A DNA stretch of 53,116 nt, the filler included, from Barthelona sp. PAP020 (Eukaryota), in NCBI GenBank assembly GCA_040182905.1. It is 2 parts of 2 records of this genome, joined end to end, with 100 filler letters (N's around TTAATTAATTAA, not from the genome) between each part and the next. Parts side by side here need not be neighbours in the genome. Positions count along the whole stretch, not along the records: positions 26,645 to 53,116 come from JARQWU010000138.1; 1 more part is not named here. One strand, 5' to 3'. Shown here in pieces: positions 31,766 through 41,779 of this stretch. Position numbers and translations under genes: made by a program. Every line of letters begins with the position of its first letter. Position 1 is the stretch's first letter. The notes under the pieces were generated by a model, which was not told the origin of the DNA, searched no databases, and saw only the letters and a program-made list of their open reading frames with translations.

Positions 31766-32071
31766 ATTACTTTGTAAAATAGCATTAATGTGTAACAATT
31801 TTTTTTTATTTTGTTTGCCAAATTATTTTCTGTCTAGAAATTGCTTTACCAATATCCGTTTTCCTTTTGAAATTTTTGTTTGCTGAATTTCTGAAGAAAA
31901 ATTCGTTCCCAATGGGATTTGTTAAAATTTTGGAACAATGTTTGTTTAAAATTACTGAAGTTTCAAAATTCAAATTAACACTGTTCATCTTTTTGTTTGA
32001 AATGTGTCATTCAGTTCTTGCAGTTGAACTTCTTTCAATTCAAGACAAAATAACAAAAGCTAACGTACAAT

Positions 32072-32536
32072 TTACAGTCTTTCAACTATATCCTCTAAAA
32101 TAGATAAATCGTTTTGAATATCTTGCATTTGTGCAACTATCAATAATAAATCATCTTTTTTTGCTGCTATTTCTTGCATTGAAGTTATAAGTTGTTGGGA
32201 ATCTGTTGATAATTGAGAGGCTGTTTTATGAATTTCCGATGAAGCCAATTCAAACAAATCCAAGTGTTGTTTGGAAGTGTTGGAAATATTTTGAAGATTG
32301 TCTTTTAAAATGGAAGTCATATCTACCATTGAATTAGTTAATGAACGTGTACTTTCTTCAATTGTTATAATTGATTCTTTTAAGTCATTAGGAAAAATAT
32401 TTAATGTATTTTCTGTTGGATTTTCTTTGATAGAAATAGTATCATCAACTATTTCTTGATTTTGAGAGTTTTCTGTCTGATTGGTTTCAATATCTTCAAT
32501 ATTATTCACTTGGTCATTCATTTCATTATCATTCAT
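32072..32536 (-). CDS. BORCS6: BORC subunit 6 (lyspersin/DUF2365)-like coiled-coil protein
   Basis: Acidic N-terminus, then IEESTRSL...L..NL..IS and LIVAQMQDIQNDLSILEDIV, matching the BORCS6 C-terminal pattern (LARQVRDIRRTLEVLE). Confidence 0.6.
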   Translation of the reverse strand: MNDNEMNDQVNNIEDIETNQTENSQNQEIVDDTISIKENPTENTLNIFPNDLKESIITIEESTRSLTNSMVDMTSILKDNLQNISNTSKQHLDLFELASSEIHKTASQLSTDSQQLITSMQEIAAKKDDLLLIVAQMQDIQNDLSILEDIVERL

Positions 32537-32593
32537 TGGAGCATTAAAAAATAATATATGACAAAAGAAAGATTTTTTTTTCTTTTTTTCAAG

Positions 32594-35080
32594 ATGAACG
32601 TTGAAATGTTTGACGAAAGATTGATCAATTTATTGTTAAAGAGTTTGTCTAAGAAAAAGAAAAATCAGTTGAATGAAAATGAATTGATTGAGTTAAATGA
32701 ATATCAAGAAAAATTATCAAAGGATATTTATGATCAACATTACCAATATGCTGAAAAAGAGTATCAATTGAAAAAACAATTAAAAGCTCAACGAAAACAA
32801 AAACAGAAGGATATAACAAATAATACAAATTTAAAGACTATTCATTTTGATAATGTTACGAATGAATATTGTTCTAATTGTTATAGAATACAAGAACAAT
32901 ACATTAATGAATTAGAGACCTTAGAAGACACTTTAGATGAAGTCACTTCACAATCATATGAAAAGCAATTGAAAATAGATTCTTTAGAAGAAAAAATTAA
33001 AGAAATTGAAAGATTTCATGAAGAAAATATTGAAAAAATAAAAGAAGAATTAAAACAAAGTTTAATTGAAGATTTAGAAGATCAAATGATCAAACATTTT
33101 GGGTCTAAAATTAAGTTTGATGGTTGCTTGAATTTTGAAATGATTTTCAATCAAATAGATCTATTTATGGATGGTTTATCTGATAGGATTGATGAAAATG
33201 GTTTAATTATTGATGAAAAGAAAGCAAAGATAAAAAATTTGGAAACAGAAATTTTTGAATTGAAAAATTTGAATTCGAAAAAAGAAGAGCAATTAATTTT
33301 ATCTGAGGAATCTGTTGTTGATGCAAATAGACAAGTTTCTTGTTTGGCAAAACAAATAAATTCGCTTGAAGAATTAGTGAAAGCCATTGATCCATTAAAA
33401 CAAGAGATCCTAGATCATAAATTAATCATTTCTGAACGAGATCAAACAATTGATCTTTTAAATACCTCAATTAATGATTTAAAAATGCAATATTCTGCTA
33501 AAATCACTGAATTAAATGATGAAATGAAAAAGCAAAGTGAAGAACAAGAGAAATTGAAAGAAATCATTGGCAATAAAGATTTAAACATTCAAGATTTAAA
33601 AAAAGAACTTGCAACTGTCACTTCAATCGCTGTAGATTACTCAGAAATTGTCCAAGGAATTCAATCAGTTATGGACTCCGTAAATCAAGCCACTCTTGAT
33701 TCAGAATTAGATCATCCAAAGATTAAAGGAATGTTAGAAGGATTCAATAAAGAATTATCATTATTGGCGTGCTATTCACCGTTTAAAACACCTACAGCAG
33801 AATTGTTACATGCAAATAATGTTTTATTACAAGAACAAACATTGTGGATTGCCAAACGCAAGGAAATGCAAAATAACATGTCTGTTTTAGGTTCAATTAC
33901 AAACAAACAAATTAGTACTGTCAGGGATGAATTTGAAGATATGAAGAACTCAGTCTTTGGTATGGTTGACCAAATGAATGACTTTTTGTTTAACGCTACA
34001 TATGAGATAGGCCAATTGTTTTCAGATAACATGGTCATGTCTTCAAATAATCAATCAAAAGACTGTACAGAGAAAATTGATCAAAATACAGAGACAAAAG
34101 AATATTTGCCTGCTGATCAGAAGGAAATCTTTGAATCAACATCAGATATTGGACGTTCTTTAACTATTACAGATTTAGAACCTCTAATTCTTGAATTGCC
34201 TGATAACGAATTCATCAATGTTTACGGCAATGTTATCGAATATACAGAAGATGTGCTTAAAATAGATGTGTGTGCAAATGATGATGATAAGAATGCAAAA
34301 CCCGTGTTAAGCCTGAATGGGGGAACTTTCCAACAACAATTAACCGATATTTTCATTGAAAACGATAGATTGGAGTTGGAAAATTTTCATAAGCATGTTT
34401 TGACAACTATATCTAACGATTTAGATGTTTTAGAGCCTTTACCAGCCTTGTTTGTTGAATATACTTCTTGTGGTGACATCAATAAGAGCTTTTGTAAGAA
34501 CAAGTTGATACCATCAACAATTGAGCAATATTTCCTTTTAAAACAACAAAGATCTTCATCTTATATATTCTTAAATCCCAAGTTATCGATACTTTCAATC
34601 AAAGACGATTTGGATGAAAGAAATATTGTTTCTGCGTATGGCACAAAGCCAAACACGATTCTTACCACCTACATTCAGGCTTTCAATACAATAGAATTGA
34701 AAAGCATTCAAAATTTTGAAGAAGAAATTGAAAAGTTCGCTTCTATCGCAAATGATTCAATTACACTGATAACGTTGATATTTGATGTTCGTTCTTTGAG
34801 TTTGCCCACTGGAGCTTTGCCAACAAGAACACGTTTTTTCTTTTTAATTAGTAAACCCGTTGAACAATTAAATAATGGTTTAAAATGTATTATTCAACAA
34901 AAAACAGGTTCAATTGATGTTGCAAATCCAAGGTCTTTGATCTATAATTTATTGGAAGAAATGTACACTATTGAAAAGTCCAAAATTAATTTATTATTCA
35001 CCCTTAAAGATGATAATGAAGATTTAGAAAATATTGAACAAATTTTTGATTCCTTGAAAGAATTGTTTGATAAAAAATAA
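32594..35080 (+). CDS. long coiled-coil protein with a degenerate C-terminal kinesin-like domain
   Basis: About 450 aa of heptads, then kinesin-ordered elements without the nucleotide-binding motifs (see findings). An alternative in-frame ATG lies at 32558. Confidence 0.7.
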   Translation: MNVEMFDERLINLLLKSLSKKKKNQLNENELIELNEYQEKLSKDIYDQHYQYAEKEYQLKKQLKAQRKQKQKDITNNTNLKTIHFDNVTNEYCSNCYRIQEQYINELETLEDTLDEVTSQSYEKQLKIDSLEEKIKEIERFHEENIEKIKEELKQSLIEDLEDQMIKHFGSKIKFDGCLNFEMIFNQIDLFMDGLSDRIDENGLIIDEKKAKIKNLETEIFELKNLNSKKEEQLILSEESVVDANRQVSCLAKQINSLEELVKAIDPLKQEILDHKLIISERDQTIDLLNTSINDLKMQYSAKITELNDEMKKQSEEQEKLKEIIGNKDLNIQDLKKELATVTSIAVDYSEIVQGIQSVMDSVNQATLDSELDHPKIKGMLEGFNKELSLLACYSPFKTPTAELLHANNVLLQEQTLWIAKRKEMQNNMSVLGSITNKQISTVRDEFEDMKNSVFGMVDQMNDFLFNATYEIGQLFSDNMVMSSNNQSKDCTEKIDQNTETKEYLPADQKEIFESTSDIGRSLTITDLEPLILELPDNEFINVYGNVIEYTEDVLKIDVCANDDDKNAKPVLSLNGGTFQQQLTDIFIENDRLELENFHKHVLTTISNDLDVLEPLPALFVEYTSCGDINKSFCKNKLIPSTIEQYFLLKQQRSSSYIFLNPKLSILSIKDDLDERNIVSAYGTKPNTILTTYIQAFNTIELKSIQNFEEEIEKFASIANDSITLITLIFDVRSLSLPTGALPTRTRFFFLISKPVEQLNNGLKCIIQQKTGSIDVANPRSLIYNLLEEMYTIEKSKINLLFTLKDDNEDLENIEQIFDSLKELFDKK

Positions 35081-35396
35081 ACTGTGTTTTGTTTTTTTAA
35101 TTTTTTTTTTTATTGGCAATCAATTATCAATCAATTTAACAATCTGAGTCAAATTGAAATTTTAAAACCCTCGTTCACTTTCAAAAAGATTGCAATCTCA
35201 ACTTGAGAGCAATTTTTTTTTTCTCCCAAATGAATCCCAAGCAAAGCAAATTGACAGTATAAATCAAAATTTTTCCCTTTTGGTTAGAAAAAAAAGATGA
35301 TGAATTATTGTTGAAAGCAAAAAGATTGTGTCAACAATTCTCCATCTCGTTGACTGTTTTTTTTTTTTACACATATTCATTTTTTTTATTTGAGAA

Positions 35397-35981
35397 ATGT
35401 TAGTTGGTCAACCCGCACCTGAATTTACCGTTCAAGCCACCGAAAATGGACAAATTGTTGAAAAGTCTTTGTCTGATTACAAGGGCAAGTATGTTGTTCT
35501 TTGTTTTTATCCTTTAGACTTTACTTTTGTTTGTCCTACTGAAATCTTAGCTTTCAATGATGCTGCTGAAAAGTTCCGTGAACACAATTGTGAAGTTCTT
35601 TTTGCTTCTATTGATTCTGTTTTCACTCATCTTGCATGGCAAGAAAGACCCAGATCTGAAGGTGGACTTGGTCAACTCCAAATCCCTCTTCTTTCTGATC
35701 TCAACAAGGAAATTGGAAAGGCTTATGACTGTCTTGCTCCTGAAGGACATCATTACAGAGCTACCTACATTATTGATGAAGAAGGTATCATTAAGTCTAT
35801 GACTATCAATCACCCTGATGTTGGTCGTAGCACCGAAGAAATGCTTCGTCTTGTTAAGGCATACATCCATGTTGCTAAATATGGTGTTGTTTGTGCTGCT
35901 GGTTGGGATGATGATAATGGAGTTGAACTTTTTGCCGATGTTGAAAAATCAAAGGAATATTTCAAGGCCAAGAATGAATAA
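35397..35981 (+). CDS. typical 2-Cys peroxiredoxin (AhpC/Prx1)
   Basis: FYPLDFTFVCPTE, GGLG, VGRS..E.LR, GVVCAAGW, SKEYF. Confidence 0.95.
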   Translation: MLVGQPAPEFTVQATENGQIVEKSLSDYKGKYVVLCFYPLDFTFVCPTEILAFNDAAEKFREHNCEVLFASIDSVFTHLAWQERPRSEGGLGQLQIPLLSDLNKEIGKAYDCLAPEGHHYRATYIIDEEGIIKSMTINHPDVGRSTEEMLRLVKAYIHVAKYGVVCAAGWDDDNGVELFADVEKSKEYFKAKNE

Positions 35982-36104
35982 TTTTATTCTTTATTTTTTG
36001 TAAATTGTGTTCGGAAAGTTTATTTTTAGTCAAATTTTTGGCAAATGGAACAATTGAAATACAAAAAAAAAGTTTTTTTTATTGCAATTAAAAATGTCTT
36101 TTTT

Positions 36105-37259
36105 ATGAGTTATCGATACAATATTATAGTTTTATGGTTAATTTTATTGATAGTGAATGGCAAATCGAATTTTTTCAATGAAGAGACAAATTTTTTTACT
36201 TTCAAAGATGATAAGGAAATATCAGATCAATGTAAGTTTATTGATTTAAAATTATCTGCTCGTTTATTTTCTTCTCAGTCCTCAAATGCACCTTCCTCGT
36301 TTAATTGGTTGAATTATTTGAATGAACCAAGTATAATTTCTTTTACTCATTGCAATGCTCATTATGCAATGGCTAATGTTTATGCTTCTCAGCTAATTTA
36401 TCAGAAACAATTTCACACACAAGAAGTTTTTAGTGTTCAATCCATTTTAAGTTGCATAAAGGATTGTTCGTGTCAAGGAGGCAATCCTTATTTGCCCTGG
36501 ATTTTATCTTCCGTTTCTTCTGATGTGTATAAACCTTATTTTTACCATAGGGAAGCTGAACTTCCATATTTGGGGTCTGATGCTGTAGCATGTCCGTCTG
36601 AAAAGCTTATGACCTTTAAAATCAAAACAAGTTGTTGGGGCATGGTTGGTACTTCTATTGACCCTCTATTTGGGTTGAAGCCCATACCTTCCAAGGATAT
36701 CTTTCAAGCGTTATTAGAATATGGCCCCTTATTGACTGAGATTGAATGTGATGAGTTCTTTTTGCAGAATTCTGCCATTTTAACAGAGATGTATTGTGGT
36801 GTGGGTATGGTTGGCATTCACGCTTTTCCTGCTGTTATTTATGGGTATGAAAGGGTTGATGAGGAAAATGATTCTTTTTTTTGGCTTGTTCAAATCTTTG
36901 GCACAGAATATACGCAAAAATACAAAGTCTTGATGACAAACGATGGTTTTGGTGTTGGTGGAATTCGTTCATTTGTTTCAACTGTTTCCTTTGATAAGGC
37001 TAAATGTCCTCCATTCAATGATTATCTAATGAACCATTATAATCAATGTTTTACATTATTTGATGATGATATTTATCCAATTGTTCAAAATAGCAACAAT
37101 TCTTTTCAAAGCATTTTTTATTTTTTTATTTTTTTCATTTTCGTAGTTCTTCTTGCGTTAAGCATTTGTATTTCTTGTCAAGATACTTCTAATAAAGATT
37201 CAATTTCAATGGTTAATTCGACATTATTGGAAGATTTTGAAATTGTTGATTCTTTATGA
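36105..37259 (+). CDS. papain-family (C1A) inactive homologue with signal peptide and C-terminal TM
   Basis: PSSFNW, HCNAHYA (vs CGSCWA), FSVQSILSC, SCQGGNP, YGPL, AVIYGY, FWLV; TM IFYFFIFFIFVVLLALSI. Confidence 0.75.
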   Translation: MSYRYNIIVLWLILLIVNGKSNFFNEETNFFTFKDDKEISDQCKFIDLKLSARLFSSQSSNAPSSFNWLNYLNEPSIISFTHCNAHYAMANVYASQLIYQKQFHTQEVFSVQSILSCIKDCSCQGGNPYLPWILSSVSSDVYKPYFYHREAELPYLGSDAVACPSEKLMTFKIKTSCWGMVGTSIDPLFGLKPIPSKDIFQALLEYGPLLTEIECDEFFLQNSAILTEMYCGVGMVGIHAFPAVIYGYERVDEENDSFFWLVQIFGTEYTQKYKVLMTNDGFGVGGIRSFVSTVSFDKAKCPPFNDYLMNHYNQCFTLFDDDIYPIVQNSNNSFQSIFYFFIFFIFVVLLALSICISCQDTSNKDSISMVNSTLLEDFEIVDSL

Positions 37260-37433
37260 TTTTGATGTGTTGTTTTGTGTTTATTTCATATAAATAATTA
37301 TTATTTTGATTGCTTCTTTGTTTAATTAGCTTGATTCATGCAAAAATTTTAAGAAAAAAAAATTTAAAACAACATATCTTTACTGTAAAAAATATCAACA
37401 ACAACAAAATTTATCATTTGCTTTTTTATTCAC

Positions 37434-37898
37434 ATGGGAATGAAATCAAAAGCTTCCAAAGCTTCAAAATCAAAAAAGAACTCTTCACATGGAACGGATG
37501 CAAAAAATATTCCTTCATGGTTATATATTGAACCACCGACATTTGCTAAACAACAACCCATGAAAAAAAAGAGGCAAAAAAACCCAGCTTCCAATCCTGA
37601 AAACACAAATCATCGCCACATTTTCCCATTTATTATTTTAGCCATCATTTTGATATTAACAGCTGTTTATTTTTTTGTTAATATCCCAAAACAGAATGCA
37701 ACAACAGATTGGAACATGTATTATCCTGTAAATTCTGAAATTTCGAACCATCCAATTGAAGAATTGTTTAAAAATGAACTTAAAAGTGGTGAAAGTACAA
37801 CTTTACAATATGTGAAAAAGAAAATAAATTCTGAGCAAAACTATGCCGAAGGAATTAAAAAAAGAACTGTCGTTAATAAAATGCTTCCAATTGTTTAA
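37434..37898 (+). CDS. hypothetical single-pass membrane protein
   Basis: Basic N-terminus, TM IFPFIILAIILILTAVYFFV, ATG start. Confidence 0.6.
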   Translation: MGMKSKASKASKSKKNSSHGTDAKNIPSWLYIEPPTFAKQQPMKKKRQKNPASNPENTNHRHIFPFIILAIILILTAVYFFVNIPKQNATTDWNMYYPVNSEISNHPIEELFKNELKSGESTTLQYVKKKINSEQNYAEGIKKRTVVNKMLPIV

Positions 37899-37969
37899 TC
37901 CTAATTTTTCCTTCACAAAAAAAGAGAATGTAAATATAGAATTAAACAACTTTTTTTTTTATATTATAG

Positions 37970-38230
37970 ATGAATAATCGTTGCCCTGGAAGTATAACTG
38001 GAGGTTGCACTTTTGTTGATGGAAAACAAATGGTAGATAAAATAAGATCTAAAGGATTTGCCGATAATGAATTACCAAGACCTCATTCTATTGTTTGTCA
38101 AAATTGTAACAGAGTATTTTTAATGACTAAATTTGTGGATAAATGCCCCAAATGTAGAGCTGTTCATGGTGTAACTCCTTGTCATGCACAAAATGTTCAA
38201 TCAATTAAATGTGCAGGCATTGATTATTAG
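37970..38230 (+). CDS. small Cys-rich putative metal-binding protein, bacterial-like
   Basis: GKQMVDKIR..GF, CQNC...CPKC...GVTPCH...AGIDY. Confidence 0.75.
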   Translation: MNNRCPGSITGGCTFVDGKQMVDKIRSKGFADNELPRPHSIVCQNCNRVFLMTKFVDKCPKCRAVHGVTPCHAQNVQSIKCAGIDY

Positions 38231-38308
38231 AGTGAAAGTTACTTTTCTCACAGTTTATTAGATTTATTAATAATAAAAAACGTTTTTTTTTTTACAACTG
38301 TATGAACT

Positions 38309-39394
38309 TTATTGTTCAAAAATTTCGACAAATGGATTACTTTTGGGGTTTGAAATATCTTTAAACCTTTTGATTTCTTCCAAACTCTGTTTCCAAAAGA
38401 TTAAAAGTCCATCATAACCACCAGTAATAAAAGAAGAAATAGTTGAATTTTTTTGAAAAATACAACAATTTGGTTTGGCAACATGTGCAAACAGATCATC
38501 TTTTATCAAAATATCATCTTTTTTTTGAGCATAAACAAGGGAAGTGTCATAAAAGGTAGAAGCAGAGACAGTTGTTAAAAATGGTTTGGAGAAAGTACAA
38601 ACAAATTGATTACTCTCAAAAGAAAAGATTTCTTCGAAAATTTCTGAATCAAATTTCAGATATGTATGTGTCTTTATGTGTGTTAAAACTGAAATGTATC
38701 TACCACAAGGAGACACATCAATAGAAATAATTCCAAACTTCCATTCCGGTCTTGTAAATCTTTTTTTACAACTGTTGTTTCTCAAGTCCCAAAACTCCAA
38801 AAATACTCCACTCACCAACCATATGTGAAAGGGTACAATATCAACACAACAAAATGAATGTTTTTGAGGAAATTTTTGATGTATATCAAACAATGATGTC
38901 AGAGCATTACCATTTCTTATATCACAAACTCTGGCAAAATCATCCTCCAAAATAACAATGGCACTCGTTTCTTCACATGTTGGATGATATGAGAAAGTCA
39001 ATATTTTAGTTGGGAATTCAAAACAAAAAGCCGATGTAGCATTTGATGTATCAAAGAGATGTAATTGATTATTCATACTGCTGAAAAATATACCTATGTC
39101 ATTATACCATACAGATTTAGAAAAGAATTCACATTTTGAGTCATCGATTTTTAGAATTTTAGAAAAATTCTCCCATAAATCTAAAACTGTGATTCCTCCA
39201 CGACCAGAAGCTAATAAATACCGTTCATCTGCATAATCTAAAGATAAAGATGTGATCGATTCAAGAGAAGGAGAAATAGAATTTGAAACCTCAAATCCAA
39301 ATGCTTTTTGTTTTAAAATATCATTTTTTCTTTGATTTATGCCTAAAGAATTTGTTTTTAATAAAGAAAATCGATTTGTTATGTCATCATTCAT
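38309..39394 (-). CDS. ERCC8: WD40 protein, CSA/ERCC8/Rad28-like
   Basis: ITSLSLDYADERYLLASG, WYNDIGIFFSS, LFDTS, CDIRNG, WDLR, ITGGYDG. Confidence 0.7.
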   Translation of the reverse strand: MNDDITNRFSLLKTNSLGINQRKNDILKQKAFGFEVSNSISPSLESITSLSLDYADERYLLASGRGGITVLDLWENFSKILKIDDSKCEFFSKSVWYNDIGIFFSSMNNQLHLFDTSNATSAFCFEFPTKILTFSYHPTCEETSAIVILEDDFARVCDIRNGNALTSLFDIHQKFPQKHSFCCVDIVPFHIWLVSGVFLEFWDLRNNSCKKRFTRPEWKFGIISIDVSPCGRYISVLTHIKTHTYLKFDSEIFEEIFSFESNQFVCTFSKPFLTTVSASTFYDTSLVYAQKKDDILIKDDLFAHVAKPNCCIFQKNSTISSFITGGYDGLLIFWKQSLEEIKRFKDISNPKSNPFVEIFEQ

Positions 39395-39577
39395 AAAAAG
39401 GGAAAAAATTTGGTTTTTACAAAAAATGTTCATTAAAAATGGTCTTTAGAAAATATCCTTCATTATTTTTTAAAAGACCACGAGACGGGAAATCAGAATA
39501 GCGAAAGAAATGAAAATCTTTGGAACGATTTTTTTTTTTTCAAGACATTGACCGTTTTCATCTAATATCATTTTAAG

Positions 39578-41566
39578 ATGAAACTATTGAGTTATTTGAC
39601 ATTTATTATGGCATATGGATTAATTTATTTGATTGGAATTTGTGTTGCAATTGCTCGAATCAAATTTTTCCAAAATCTTGATGATTTTATTATTAATCCT
39701 TCTAATTTAAATGGTTTAACAAATGAATATGGAAATGTTGTTAAGATAGCTCATATTACAGATTTACATGTTTCAAAATCAAACCCAAATTTTTTTGAGA
39801 ATTTTCACAAGTTTTCCACTGATATTGTACAACATTTAAGTCCTGATGCTATTATTGCAACTGGTGATTTAACTAATAGTGTTTGCGATTTTGTTTCGTT
39901 ACAAAGGGAATATGAATGGCAATTATATAATGAAACCGTTTTTAAATATTTAAAAAAATACAATTATTTTGATATTCGTGGGAATCATGACAGCTATTCT
40001 GTTGATAATTTTGAGAATCCTTTACAAAATAAGTTTCTTGAATATGGTTATGTTGAACAGACAATGAAACAATACATATACAAAGATTTAGCTTATAAAA
40101 TTGAATTTAATGATTTAAATATTGTTTTGTTTGATACGAATGAATTGGAAGGTCCCAAATGGCCTTTAGGGTTTTTTGGCAGTTTAAACAATAATCGCAC
40201 GCAGATATTAGACAGTTTGCTTGAAAAGAATGATTCAAAAATCAATTTGATATTTACTCATCATCCTAGACACACTTTATACCCTTCATCTGTTGATAGA
40301 TTTGAAGAATTATTAAAAAAAAACAAAGTTGCATACCATTTCAATGGACATGCTCATGCATCAGAAATGACCATGCGTTTTGATTCATTAACAGAGATTG
40401 AAACAAACTCAATCGGTCATTTTGGTGTATACCGAATGATTATTTCTGATAATGGAATCATCACCTCAAGAACCTTTAATTTCAATAAAAAAAAAGAAGG
40501 TTTCCCTTTAATTATCCCCACTGTGCCTAAAGACAAGACTCAAATGTCAGATTATGAATACTATGATCGTCTATTAAATGCTACTCATTTCAGATGTGTT
40601 GTGTTGGGTAATGGAACTGTTGATGAAGTTATTTTAAAGGTTTTGAATTACAGCTTTACTATGGTCCGCAGTGGAAATGAAAATTCAACTTTATGGGTTT
40701 ATCCCATCAATGATGATGTTTTAACGCATTTAAAACAAGGAAATATTCGTTTAACCTACATCGCTAAACAAGCAAATGGAGAAAATTCAACTTATTCTTT
40801 GGAATCCTCATTCACTTCTACACCCAATAGAGTTAATCTATCTGTAGGTCGTGTTATCTTTCAGAGCTTAAACTTTGGTCTGATGCTCAATATTTGTATT
40901 ATATTTGGCAGTATTTTGACTGTCATTACTGCATTTTCAGGTGTTTTGATTGTTAAAATGTTATATTGGGGCAGAAACAAGGAAAAGTTGTTACCTAAAT
41001 CTGTCTTTGTTGGTTTTTTTTCTTGGGGAATCATTTTTACCCTAGGATTTGTTTGTTTTGGAAAAATTTTTGAAAATTCGTGGGGTTTCATTTTTAGTTG
41101 GGGAATTATTCCTCTTCATGAACAAATCCTTTCCGATATCACAAATGCTCTGATGGGAACTCTGTTACAAGTTGGATATTTTTGTCCTTTATGTTGGAGC
41201 ACATATGCTAAAATTATCCAAAAGAACGTTAATGGTAACAATAAGAACTACAAAAACAGAATGAGTCTATTTTTTGCAGATATTGGTGGTGCTTTCTTTG
41301 GTATTGTCATTGGTTTATTGATACTGGTTCCTTTGGGTTTAGGTGGACTGTTGTTATCACCAATACCTTGGTTTGCTATATATGTGATGTTTATTCGATA
41401 TAAACATTTGGTTAGTGAGATGGATCCTCATGCTGTTCAAATCAGACCAATTGATGACACAATTTTGCTGGATGATGATGAAAAGACCTTGCTAGATGAT
41501 GTTAGTGATATGTATGGTATTTCTTTATTCCATGAAGAGAGCAACTGTGTTAATAGAGAAATTTAG
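39578..41566 (+). CDS. TMEM62: TMEM62-like calcineurin-type metallophosphoesterase with C-terminal TMs
   Basis: HITDLH, TGDLT, DIRGNHD, THHP, NGHAH; N-terminal anchor and about 5-6 C-terminal TMs. Confidence 0.8.
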   Translation: MKLLSYLTFIMAYGLIYLIGICVAIARIKFFQNLDDFIINPSNLNGLTNEYGNVVKIAHITDLHVSKSNPNFFENFHKFSTDIVQHLSPDAIIATGDLTNSVCDFVSLQREYEWQLYNETVFKYLKKYNYFDIRGNHDSYSVDNFENPLQNKFLEYGYVEQTMKQYIYKDLAYKIEFNDLNIVLFDTNELEGPKWPLGFFGSLNNNRTQILDSLLEKNDSKINLIFTHHPRHTLYPSSVDRFEELLKKNKVAYHFNGHAHASEMTMRFDSLTEIETNSIGHFGVYRMIISDNGIITSRTFNFNKKKEGFPLIIPTVPKDKTQMSDYEYYDRLLNATHFRCVVLGNGTVDEVILKVLNYSFTMVRSGNENSTLWVYPINDDVLTHLKQGNIRLTYIAKQANGENSTYSLESSFTSTPNRVNLSVGRVIFQSLNFGLMLNICIIFGSILTVITAFSGVLIVKMLYWGRNKEKLLPKSVFVGFFSWGIIFTLGFVCFGKIFENSWGFIFSWGIIPLHEQILSDITNALMGTLLQVGYFCPLCWSTYAKIIQKNVNGNNKNYKNRMSLFFADIGGAFFGIVIGLLILVPLGLGGLLLSPIPWFAIYVMFIRYKHLVSEMDPHAVQIRPIDDTILLDDDEKTLLDDVSDMYGISLFHEESNCVNREI

Positions 41567-41764
41567 AAAGGAACTGAATAACTTGTAAGGATTGAGGAAA
41601 CAGAATTTTTTTTTGTTCATGTTTTAATGATAAATGTCTTATTGAGAAAGAAATTTTTTTTTGTTGTTGAATGTGATGTAACTAAAGCTTGTTAGGATAA
41701 ATTATTTCTGTTTCAGTACCAGAATTATTTGGAACGTCATTTCCTGCAAAGTTAATGTGTATTT

Positions 41765-41779
41765 GTGTGTGTGTGTGTG
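41765..41779 (+). repeat. (GT)n microsatellite
   Basis: gtgtgtgtgtgtgtg read directly. Confidence 0.7.
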
